46,802 nucleotides of DNA from an uncultured delta proteobacterium (GTDB taxonomy: Bacteria > Desulfobacterota > Desulfobacteria > Desulfobacterales > JAHEIW01). The translations under genes were made by a program, and so were the position numbers. The notes beneath the pieces are model-generated. The model ran no database searches. It saw only the letters and a program-made list of their open reading frames with translations, and was not told the origin of the DNA. Positions 30,453 through 38,927 of this stretch are shown piece after piece. Where the stretch lies: assembly GCA_963706575.1 (NCBI GenBank), contig CAVPNL010000017.1:1-46802 (forward strand), given 5' to 3'. How positions within the stretch are numbered: the stretch's first letter is position 1; each line of letters starts with the position of its first letter.

Positions 30453-30658
30453 GAACCTATCTAAAAAATGTGGATCAGGGTTCATGGCAAGGCGCGGGAC
30501 GGCGAAAAAGTCGTGTGTCCGAGCATACACGCTAGTATGTGAGCATTTTGAGCCGGCTTGATGCACGCATTAATTTTCATAAAAATAGATGTGTAATCCC
30601 GTTTTCTCGGGGCAACGCTGCCAAGGGCACTTAGACGCATTTTTGAGATAGGTTCTAG
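30453..30658. mobile_element. Family C MITE-like element
   Basis: 17/18 TIR GAACCTATCT(C/A)AAAAATG; 3' part aligns with 29770-29841; core GAGCATACAC..GTATGTGAG. Confidence 0.75.
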
Positions 30659-30677
30659 TAAGTATGGGAGGAATCAA

Positions 30678-31136
30678 ATGAAAATGCATACAATTGAAAT
30701 TGATGAAAACCTCTGGAGTTATTTACAAAAACATGCCGAACCGTTTGTTGATACGCCCAATTCCGTCTTAAACCGGATCCTGTTTGACACTAGTAATGCC
30801 TCCTCCCCAACCAACCATGAGCCCAAAATCCCGGCGGTGTCCATTCAGGGAATCCCCAAATCGCTGGCACAAATCCTAGAAGTCGTCTATGAGATGGAAA
30901 TTAATGGCTATTCGCGAACCAAGGCCACCAAACGGGTGGCGCATAAAAGAGGCACTTCCCCTCAAACCATCACCGACAAATACTGTCGGCAGATCGGCAA
31001 AAAAGCCCATGAAATCGATCAGTTGCTTTCCGAACCGGGTTATGAAGGTTTTAAAAAAATCTTAGAAAGCAAGTTTGGCGCCTATCAGCAGGTCATCGAA
31101 TCGTATTTTGAGACGTTGATGGTCGCTGTCGAATAG
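30678..31136 (+). CDS. Hypothetical protein with SeqA-N-like ribbon-helix-helix N-terminus
   Basis: MHTIEIDENLWSYLQKHAEPFVDTPNSVLNRIL; GGAGG RBS. Confidence 0.6.
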   Translation: MKMHTIEIDENLWSYLQKHAEPFVDTPNSVLNRILFDTSNASSPTNHEPKIPAVSIQGIPKSLAQILEVVYEMEINGYSRTKATKRVAHKRGTSPQTITDKYCRQIGKKAHEIDQLLSEPGYEGFKKILESKFGAYQQVIESYFETLMVAVE

Positions 31137-31149
31137 ATCGGTTGCGCAT

Positions 31150-32328
31150 TTAATTTTCGGTGTATTTCTTTTGATACAACGGTGAAATATCGCGCAACGT
31201 CGTGACCACATTTTTTAACGCTATTAAAAATGAGGCAATATCGTCTGCCGTGTTGTCGATTCCAAATGAGAGGACCAGTGTGCCCTGGGCGTCGGCGTGG
31301 CTGAGCCCTATTGACAACAGCACATGTGAGGCCCGCAGAGAGCCGGTAGCGCATGCCGAGCGTGTGGATACCGCGATGTTATCGTCATCCAACATCAGCA
31401 TGACACTTTCGCCTTCGATATATTTGATAGAAATCGACAGCAGGTTGGGTAAACTGTCATCCGGGTGAGTATTGATGATATATTCGTCGATAAAATTCGG
31501 TAATTCAGTTAACAGTTTGTCTTTTAATGCCCTGAGGTGAGCGAGCCGCTTGTCCATGTCCCGCAAAGCAAGCTCCGCGGCTTTACCGGTTCCGATAATG
31601 CCGATAAGATTTTCGGCACCGGCGCGCTTGTTATGTTCCTGAACGCCCCCCTCCAACAGTGGAAAAATCCGGGTTCCCCGGCGGATAAACAAGCCCCCGA
31701 CGCCGACAGGACCGTAAAAGGTGTTGGAAGCAAAACTGAACAAATCCACTCCCAGTTTTTGAACATCCAATGGAACCACCCCGACCGAATCAACGGCATC
31801 CGAATGGAAAATCACTTTTTTTTCGCGGGTAATTTTCCCGATTTCCGCAATGGGCTGAATGGTGCCGGTTTCGTTGTTGCTGTGCATAATAGACACCAGA
31901 ATGGTATCTTTGGTGATGGCCTCGGCAACATCTTGCGGGTTTACACGACCGCCGGAATCAACCGGAAGCGAGGTTACCGCAAATCCGGATGCCTTGAGTC
32001 GACGCAGACTGCGGATAACGGCATTGTGCTCGATATTGGAGGTAATGATATGTTTGCCCTTGTCTTCGTTGGCCATGGCCACGCCCTTGATGGCATGATT
32101 GACCGATTCGGTCCCACCGGAGGTAAAAACGATTTCTTTGGGAGTATTACAGTTCAGCAGATCCGCCACCGCCTCACGTGCATTTTGTAACACCGCGGCA
32201 GCTTCTTCCCCGGATTTATGCTGACTGGCAGGGTTGTGATAGTCCTTTTCAATGGCCTCAATCATCACTGTTTTGACTTCAGGCAATAAAGGTTTTGCCG
32301 ATATGTGGTCCAAATTGATAACCTTCAT
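31150..32328 (-). CDS. iscS: IscS/NifS-like cysteine desulfurase family protein (atypical active site)
   Basis: FTSGGTES, IEHNAV, NNETGTIQP, SAC catalytic loop; adjacent to iscU. Confidence 0.88.
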   Translation of the reverse strand: MKVINLDHISAKPLLPEVKTVMIEAIEKDYHNPASQHKSGEEAAAVLQNAREAVADLLNCNTPKEIVFTSGGTESVNHAIKGVAMANEDKGKHIITSNIEHNAVIRSLRRLKASGFAVTSLPVDSGGRVNPQDVAEAITKDTILVSIMHSNNETGTIQPIAEIGKITREKKVIFHSDAVDSVGVVPLDVQKLGVDLFSFASNTFYGPVGVGGLFIRRGTRIFPLLEGGVQEHNKRAGAENLIGIIGTGKAAELALRDMDKRLAHLRALKDKLLTELPNFIDEYIINTHPDDSLPNLLSISIKYIEGESVMLMLDDDNIAVSTRSACATGSLRASHVLLSIGLSHADAQGTLVLSFGIDNTADDIASFLIALKNVVTTLRDISPLYQKKYTEN

Positions 32329-32358
32329 AATGACCTACCTTGGTTGATCGCGGTGGAT

Positions 32359-32874
32359 TTAATGTTCGTCTTCAAGACTGGATTGACAGGCATCACAAAA
32401 TGTTATGTTCTCCTGAATTTCGATATCGCAGTATGGACAATAACATTTTTCGCCGTGAGAATGTTCAAGCTTTTCTTTGCGGATGGGTTCAGGACGGGTT
32501 ACCCCGGCCAATTTGTCCTCGTAATTCTGGATGGCCAGCTGGAGGGCATCCGCCCCCAGGTTGGAGCAGTGTAATTTGTTTTTGGGCAATCCCTCTAAAG
32601 CCTTGGCGACATCTTTATTGGTGAGGAGCTTGGCGTCCGCCAGACTTTTGCCCTTGGCGATTTCGGTAATCATACTCGATACGGCGATTGCAGAGCCGCA
32701 TCCAAATGTCTGAAATTTTATATCCGCTATATGTTCATCTTTTATTTTCAGATAGATGGTCATCATATCCCCGCAAAGCGGGTTGCCAACTTCACCGACG
32801 CCATCGGCATTTTCAATTACCCCGACGTTGCGCGGGTTGCGAAAGTGGTCCATAACCGTTTTATTATACAACAT
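32359..32874 (-). CDS. iscU: IscU/NifU-like Fe-S scaffold with C-terminal zinc ribbon
   Basis: HFRNPRNVG, GNPLCGD, TFGCGSAIA, LPKNKLHCS; AGGAGG RBS before ATG at 32874. Confidence 0.92.
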   Translation of the reverse strand: MLYNKTVMDHFRNPRNVGVIENADGVGEVGNPLCGDMMTIYLKIKDEHIADIKFQTFGCGSAIAVSSMITEIAKGKSLADAKLLTNKDVAKALEGLPKNKLHCSNLGADALQLAIQNYEDKLAGVTRPEPIRKEKLEHSHGEKCYCPYCDIEIQENITFCDACQSSLEDEH

Positions 32875-33009
32875 ACTCGCTTCCTCCTTAATATTTTGCA
32901 AACTTATGCACTTACTAGTCGTTACAGATTTTGGCTGTTGTTCGGGTTAAACAATTAACTGACAACAAATAGCGAATAACTTCCAATTGCGTTTTACGCG
33001 ATTGGCGTA

Positions 33010-34038
33010 TCAACTGATCTTCAATACTTTGGCGCCCCGAATTTTTCTTTCTTTAAGTTCGACCAGAGCGCGATTGGCATCTTTCAGTTCAAATTCCTGC
33101 ACCTCTGGCTTAACTTGAATTTCAGCGGCCAGTTGCAAGAATTCATTTACATCGGTACGGGCAACGTTGGCAACGCTTTTAATTTCTTTTTCCTGCCAGA
33201 GATGGCGCGAATAATCCAGGTTTAATAAAGTCTTTTTATCGCCATCCTCCTTGCGAATCGCATTAATAACCAATCTTCCCCCCGGCTTTAAACAAGCCAG
33301 GGCTTCAATGACCGGTTTCCAGGCCGGCGTGGTATCAATGATGCAATCGAGTTTTTCAGGGGGTTCGGCGGCGGTATCACCGGTCCAGAAAGCACCCAGC
33401 CGGCGTGCAAAATCCCTTTCTTTTTTACTTCTGGCAAAAACAAAAACGTTTGTGTTCGGGTAGTTGTGGCGCACCATGTTTAAAACCAGATGGGCGGATG
33501 CGCCAAAACCGGTTAACCCCAGGTTCTGGTAATCTTCAACCCCGCTTAATCGCATCGAGCGGTAACCGATGGCACCGGCGCACAAAAGCGGTGCTGCCTG
33601 CGAATCGCTGAAAACCTCGGGAATTTTATAGGCAAACTCCTCGGCCACGGTCGTATATTCTGCATATCCACCGTGTACATCCCGGCCGGTAGCCTTAAAA
33701 TGTTCGCATAAATTTTCAGCGCCACTTCTGCAAAAATGACATCTGCCGCAGGCTGAATGTATCCAGGCAATACCGACCCGCTCCCCCTTGCTGAATTTAG
33801 TGACCGCCGCACCGGTGGTGTGCACCCGCCCGATAATTTGATGGCCTAAAATTACCGGTAATTTCGGCGGCGGTGTGCGGCCTTCAATTTCATCCAGTTC
33901 CGTGTGACACACACCGCAGGTGGATACCTTTATTAAAATTTCATTGCCCCGCGGAATGGGGTCCGACATATCCACAGGTACGAGAGGATTTTTATTATCG
34001 GCGATCGCACAAAGCTTGTTTAAGATCATTGCTTGCAT
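33010..34038 (-). CDS. Zinc-dependent alcohol dehydrogenase family protein
   Basis: CGVCHTE, ACGRCHFC..ENLC, APLLCAG, GFGASAH. Confidence 0.93.
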   Translation of the reverse strand: MQAMILNKLCAIADNKNPLVPVDMSDPIPRGNEILIKVSTCGVCHTELDEIEGRTPPPKLPVILGHQIIGRVHTTGAAVTKFSKGERVGIAWIHSACGRCHFCRSGAENLCEHFKATGRDVHGGYAEYTTVAEEFAYKIPEVFSDSQAAPLLCAGAIGYRSMRLSGVEDYQNLGLTGFGASAHLVLNMVRHNYPNTNVFVFARSKKERDFARRLGAFWTGDTAAEPPEKLDCIIDTTPAWKPVIEALACLKPGGRLVINAIRKEDGDKKTLLNLDYSRHLWQEKEIKSVANVARTDVNEFLQLAAEIQVKPEVQEFELKDANRALVELKERKIRGAKVLKIS

Positions 34039-34285
34039 GGTACCGCAGCCCTCTTGAAACTACCCCGGTATAATTTTTAGGCAGAAGCGTTTTGTATAAT
34101 CTTTAAGCAAATTCTGCAATACCTATTCTTATGGTCTCAACGCGGATACAGGGCGGACCCGGCTCTAACGCTTTTAAACCGGACTTGACAATATCTGGGG
34201 AAATCCTAAATTATTACTTGTTTGGCGGCCAATATGCGGCCTTCCTGTCGCCTTTCAGCAGTTTTTGGCAGGGAGGCATTTTTTA

Positions 34286-34301
34286 TGGCATATTGCTTGC
34301 T
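34286..34301 (+). promoter_or_regulatory. Sigma54 -24/-12 promoter upstream of the AsmA-like gene
   Basis: TGGCATATTGCTTGCT fits GG-N10-GC. Confidence 0.6.
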
Positions 34302-34415
34302 AAATTAAAAATGGGCGTTACCGCTAAAATGTGGTAAATTGGTTTTTGGCGCACCACCTCATTATTCAACCCCTCTTAATCGAATTTGGCCTTACTGGCA
34401 AATTGGAATGTTCTG

Positions 34416-37400
34416 ATGCCGAAACGCCGGAAAATACTTTTTTCACTCATTAGCCTTGCCGGAATTTTTTTATGCGTGTTGGTTATTCTGCTGGTCGTAA
34501 CCCCCAGGCTGATTAATCTGGAAACGGTCAAAAAAGAAATAAAAAGCCGCTTTGCCGAAGATATCGGTGGAGAAATTGAATACCGGCGTGTCGATCTCGG
34601 CTTTTTCCCACGTCCGCATGTTGTCATTGCCGCAGTTAATTTTAGCATGCCTGATTATGTCAGCGGTACGGTGGATTCGCTTAGGATTTATCCGAAAATC
34701 CTGCCCCTGTTCACCGGTGAAATTCAAATTAGCGCCGTCCATTCGCGCGGACCTGAAATTACGGTCAGACTGCCGGATGCGCCGGCAGATAAAAACATTC
34801 CGGCGACGCCTTTCTCTTTTGAGACGCTGGGGGATCGGTTGCATGCAGCGATAAGCGCCGTACCGGAATTGAATATCCCCAGCCTGGTGGTGCGCGTCAG
34901 CAGCGGCCGTGTCGATTTTCTTAAAGGTCGGGAACGTGTTCTGGGCCTCCACAACCTAAACGGCCGGACGCATCGCAAGGGCGACCTCATTGAATTTAGC
35001 GCTAAATGCCATTCAAATTTATGGGAAAGTATCGACATCAAAGGCCAATACGAGGCGCCCGGTTTTAAATTAGGGAGCCAGATCACCATCAAACAGTTGC
35101 GACCGCATGCGGTGGCCGACTATTTTTTCCCCCAATCAGACCTGAAAATGACAAATGCCCGGGCCAATTTAACCCTGGACTTGCAAACCGATGGCCCCAA
35201 ATATTTGCGGGCCAGTGCAAGTGGCTCCATTCCGTATATGTATTGGCAACGGGGCAATAAAGATCTGAAGTTTACCGACACCCGTTTCCAGTGCGAATTT
35301 CAACTCAAGGATCAGGCCTTCAGCTTGTCCATAGCACAACTTGAGCTGCAAGATCCCCACCTGAATCTGGCGGGTCGCCTGGACCTCAATCCGGAACCAC
35401 CACGCATCCAACTTGCCCTTGAGGGCAAGCAGATCAATGTGCCCACAGCCCAAAAAATCGCCACGGCATTAACCGAAAATTCCGAGACGGTATCCGATAT
35501 TTTTGAAATACTTCGAGACGGCGATATCCAACAGATCTCCCTTAACGTGGCGGGACCCAATTTGACACATCTGGCTCAATTCGAGAATTATGTGATCCAG
35601 GGAAATCTCGTCGGCGGAAATATTTTTATCTCCGAAGGTCAACTAAACTTGGAGGATGTGAAAGGTGATGCGACGATTGCAAACGGCATCCTGAAGGGTG
35701 AAAACGCCGAAGCCCGTATGGGAAATTCATTCGGTAGACAGGGAAAGATCGCTATTGCGCTGACCAAAAATAGCGCGCCGTTTCATATTGAAGGACTCAT
35801 CCAGGCAGATTTATCACAGCTTCCTCCCGTTCTGACCCGACTAATTGAGAATGATCAATTCAGAAACGAACTGGCCCTTGTAAAAAAGGTTGAGGGAAGT
35901 GCGGTCGGGATGCTGATCATCGGAGAAGATATCAACGACATAAATGTCAAAGTCATGGCCTCCGACATCCGATTAACAGCCGATTATGAACGGATTCCCC
36001 ATACGGTCATTATCAAAGACGGCAATCTGGTTTTGAACGGTAACAGAATCGCATTGAACAATTTCAATGCCAGCGTGGGCAAATCGAATTTTACCCGGCT
36101 ATCATCCAAATTTGGATGGGAAAAATCGCCATTACTTAAACTGTCATCAACATCCGCAAAGATCGATTTACCCCAATTGCATGCATGGTTGATGCAAAAT
36201 TTAACAATTGCCAATGAGCTGAAAAATTTTAAACCGCTAAATGGGACGGTCACTTTACAAAACGCGAATTTGAGCGGGCCGCTTCTCAAACCGGGACAGT
36301 GGCACCTAAAATCAAATGGTAGCATCCAAGACCTTCTGGTGAATTCAGAGCTTCTGCCCGGCGAATTAAAGGTACCCCAAGGGAATTTTATATTTGAGGG
36401 GGACCGGTTTCGGGTAGCCAACTGGAACGCCAATGTTGGCAACTCCTCATTGGCAGACCTGACCGCCGATCTTAAATGGGGCGAAAAGGCGACCTTAACC
36501 GCCAACACCGGAAAGGCCGTGATATTGCTGGATGAAATTTATCCCTGGCTGCAATCCCATGAGACCCTGAAGCAACACGTTAAAAATATCCAGCCCTTAA
36601 ACGGAAGCCTCACTTTCCATAGCCTGGCATTTGAGGGCCCGATCACCGGCAAAACCGGCGGCAAGGTGAATTTCAGCGGTGCCATTGAAAAATGGCATAT
36701 TCTCTCGGCAAAATTCCCGACCGATATAGCGTTAACCGGTGGGGACCTGCTTTGGCGCGGCAGCCGAATCGACCTGCAGGAAACCAGCGCCAGATTTGGA
36801 ACGTCAACGATAAGCCGACTCTCTTTGGGCAAACAGTGGGGCAACATTCCTTTGTTTGAATTCAATGCCGATTCCGCAGATATCCAAATTGAGGAGCTCT
36901 ATCCCTGGCTGGTATCCTTTGAGACCCTGGATAAGATGTTCAAGGGCTTCAATGCCACCCGGGGGAAATTGGCGCTTGGCGGATTGGATTTCAAAGGGCC
37001 TGTGGGCCGCTCCCAGGCCTGGCAGTTTCAACTGGCCGGCAACTTAGAGGGCCTTGCGTTGGAATCCGATTATTTCAAAGCACCCCTTCACATCAACACC
37101 GCTAAATTTTCGGCCGCGGATACGCTCGGCGAAGCGGGTATTCATGGTCGTATTGATCTGGATTCGGCTCAATTGAGCTGGGAAGACAGTCAGATGACGC
37201 TGCAGGGCAACGCAGCCTTTTCTGCGGATGAATTATGGCTCGATCTGAAACTGGCGGCCGATCGTTTAAGCTGGGAGCAGGTTGAGCAGATTACAGGTCT
37301 GGATAAACAACCGGGGTCCGGAGAACCTATTGAGCTGCGGGGGAACCTGATGGTTGAATTGGATAATTTTACCTATGACGCGTATACCTGGCGGCCGATG

Positions 37401-38192
37401 CACGCAGATATTTCTTTTAATAAAGCCGATACCCGAATCGTCATTAAAAAAGCGGATCTGTGCGGCATCCAGTTCCCGGGCAATGTGACTGTCTCGGCCG
37501 ATGAGTTCGAGTTTCATTTTAACCCGGTCGCAGAAACTCAAGATCTGGAACCCGCTATTGCCTGCCTGTCCGCGAAAAAGGATCTGGCCGACGGCAGTTT
37601 TAATCTGGAAGGGGAATTGATGTCGAAAGCCCAGCCAACCGCCTTCCCCAAATCGTTGACCGGGAATCTCCAATTTACAGCCGAGCAGGGCCGAATTTAT
37701 CGTTTTGGAATGCTGGCCAAAATTTTTGCCCTTCTTAATGTCACCGAAATCTACCGGGGCGCAGTCCCGGATTTGAAGGGCAAAGGCTTTGCTTACAATT
37801 CGATGGTGGCAACCGGGATATTTAAAGACGGCAAACTGATTATCAAAGACACTTCGATCGACAGTCCGTCCATGGGCATCGCTATTGAAGGCGACATCGA
37901 TTTAATCAAAAAGAAAGTGAATCTGGTTGTGCTGGTGGCGCCGTTTAAAACCGTTGACCGCATCGTCAAGCTTATCCCACTGTTCGGCAATATCATGGGC
38001 GGTAATCTGATTTCGATCCCATTCCGGGCAATCGGCGATTTAGGCGATCCGGATGTCATACCGCTTTCACCCACGGCCGTGGGTTCCGGGCTGCTGGGCA
38101 TTTTGCAAAGAACCCTCAAGCTGCCGATAACCATCATCCAGCCCGTTCTTCCCGGCTCAAAAGACAAAAAAGCGAAAGAAAAGGAAAGATAG
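34416..38192 (+). CDS. Large AsmA-like (YhdP/TamB superfamily) envelope protein
   Basis: Single N-terminal TM, long beta-rich body, AsmA_2-like C-terminus (GFAYNSM..VDRIVKLIPLFG..GDLGDP). Confidence 0.85.
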   Translation: MPKRRKILFSLISLAGIFLCVLVILLVVTPRLINLETVKKEIKSRFAEDIGGEIEYRRVDLGFFPRPHVVIAAVNFSMPDYVSGTVDSLRIYPKILPLFTGEIQISAVHSRGPEITVRLPDAPADKNIPATPFSFETLGDRLHAAISAVPELNIPSLVVRVSSGRVDFLKGRERVLGLHNLNGRTHRKGDLIEFSAKCHSNLWESIDIKGQYEAPGFKLGSQITIKQLRPHAVADYFFPQSDLKMTNARANLTLDLQTDGPKYLRASASGSIPYMYWQRGNKDLKFTDTRFQCEFQLKDQAFSLSIAQLELQDPHLNLAGRLDLNPEPPRIQLALEGKQINVPTAQKIATALTENSETVSDIFEILRDGDIQQISLNVAGPNLTHLAQFENYVIQGNLVGGNIFISEGQLNLEDVKGDATIANGILKGENAEARMGNSFGRQGKIAIALTKNSAPFHIEGLIQADLSQLPPVLTRLIENDQFRNELALVKKVEGSAVGMLIIGEDINDINVKVMASDIRLTADYERIPHTVIIKDGNLVLNGNRIALNNFNASVGKSNFTRLSSKFGWEKSPLLKLSSTSAKIDLPQLHAWLMQNLTIANELKNFKPLNGTVTLQNANLSGPLLKPGQWHLKSNGSIQDLLVNSELLPGELKVPQGNFIFEGDRFRVANWNANVGNSSLADLTADLKWGEKATLTANTGKAVILLDEIYPWLQSHETLKQHVKNIQPLNGSLTFHSLAFEGPITGKTGGKVNFSGAIEKWHILSAKFPTDIALTGGDLLWRGSRIDLQETSARFGTSTISRLSLGKQWGNIPLFEFNADSADIQIEELYPWLVSFETLDKMFKGFNATRGKLALGGLDFKGPVGRSQAWQFQLAGNLEGLALESDYFKAPLHINTAKFSAADTLGEAGIHGRIDLDSAQLSWEDSQMTLQGNAAFSADELWLDLKLAADRLSWEQVEQITGLDKQPGSGEPIELRGNLMVELDNFTYDAYTWRPMHADISFNKADTRIVIKKADLCGIQFPGNVTVSADEFEFHFNPVAETQDLEPAIACLSAKKDLADGSFNLEGELMSKAQPTAFPKSLTGNLQFTAEQGRIYRFGMLAKIFALLNVTEIYRGAVPDLKGKGFAYNSMVATGIFKDGKLIIKDTSIDSPSMGIAIEGDIDLIKKKVNLVVLVAPFKTVDRIVKLIPLFGNIMGGNLISIPFRAIGDLGDPDVIPLSPTAVGSGLLGILQRTLKLPITIIQPVLPGSKDKKAKEKER

Positions 38193-38212
38193 ATAAAATT
38201 AGATCTCGTTCC

Positions 38213-38257
38213 GCCAAACCCCGCATTCCAACATACCATAATTCCAATATTCCGTCG
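38213..38257. repeat. Degenerate ATTCCAA(C/T) octamer tract
   Basis: CATTCCAA CATACCAT AATTCCAA TATTCC; only one arm is visible. Confidence 0.5.
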
Positions 38258-38433
38258 TTTTGGACTCCGGTAAAGCCGATCATATCTGGCTTAATAGCGA
38301 GAAACAGGATTTTAATTTCAGTGTACATGGACTTTGCGCCCTTCTTGACTTTTTCAACAACCATACTCATATTGATGCAGGAAAAACAGCTAATTCTAAA
38401 TCAACTGAAATCGGAAAAACAAGGAGATTAACG

Positions 38434-38655
38434 ATGGCCTATACATGTAAAAATTGCGGAGCGGTCGCCAACGCACCCGGACACCTGTGTAATCCGTGCG
38501 GTGATAAAGCCAAATGCAGTTTCTGCGGAGAAACGGAAACGGATCACACCCACCAGTGCAAAGACAAACTGGCAGCCATGAAGTTTGTTTGCGGTGGCTG
38601 CGGACGGGTGGCAATGGAGAAGGAACATCTCTGTAAGCCTTCCCCGATTACTTAA
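38434..38655 (+). CDS. 73-aa cysteine-rich protein with three CxxC-x8-HxC units
   Basis: AAGGAG RBS at 38421, ATG at 38434, terminator directly downstream. Confidence 0.85.
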   Translation: MAYTCKNCGAVANAPGHLCNPCGDKAKCSFCGETETDHTHQCKDKLAAMKFVCGGCGRVAMEKEHLCKPSPIT

Positions 38656-38670
38656 ACCAAGAAAAATTAT

Positions 38671-38700
38671 CAGGGCGGCCGCTATCGCCGCCCTTTTTTT
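38671..38700 (+). terminator. Rho-independent terminator
   Basis: AGGGCGGC-loop-GCCGCCCT followed by a T run. Confidence 0.8.
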
Positions 38701-38716
38701 ATTGAAAAATAAAAAT

Positions 38717-38888
38717 AGAAGTGACTAAAGTGCCTAAAATGCCTAAAGTGACTAAAGTTGTGGTTGCGCTTCGCTCAATCTTTTTAAAAAATGACAGAAT
38801 TCCATAACTTTAGGCACTTTAGATCACTTTAGGCATTTTAGACACTTTGGGTATTTTGGTCTTTTTAGTTCACTTTAGCTCACTTTCT
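38717..38888. repeat. Family A element, copy 2
   Basis: CTAAAGTG/CTAAAATG arms, GACAGAATTCC core, CACTTTAG arms. Confidence 0.9.
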
Positions 38889-38927
38889 TAAATATTTTTT
38901 AAAATCACTTACAACCACAGGAAAGCC

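Noticed and set aside
38260..38433. N-terminal extension of the 131-aa ORF
   Set aside because: The strong AAGGAG RBS precedes ATG 38434, and the extension runs through intergenic-looking sequence.
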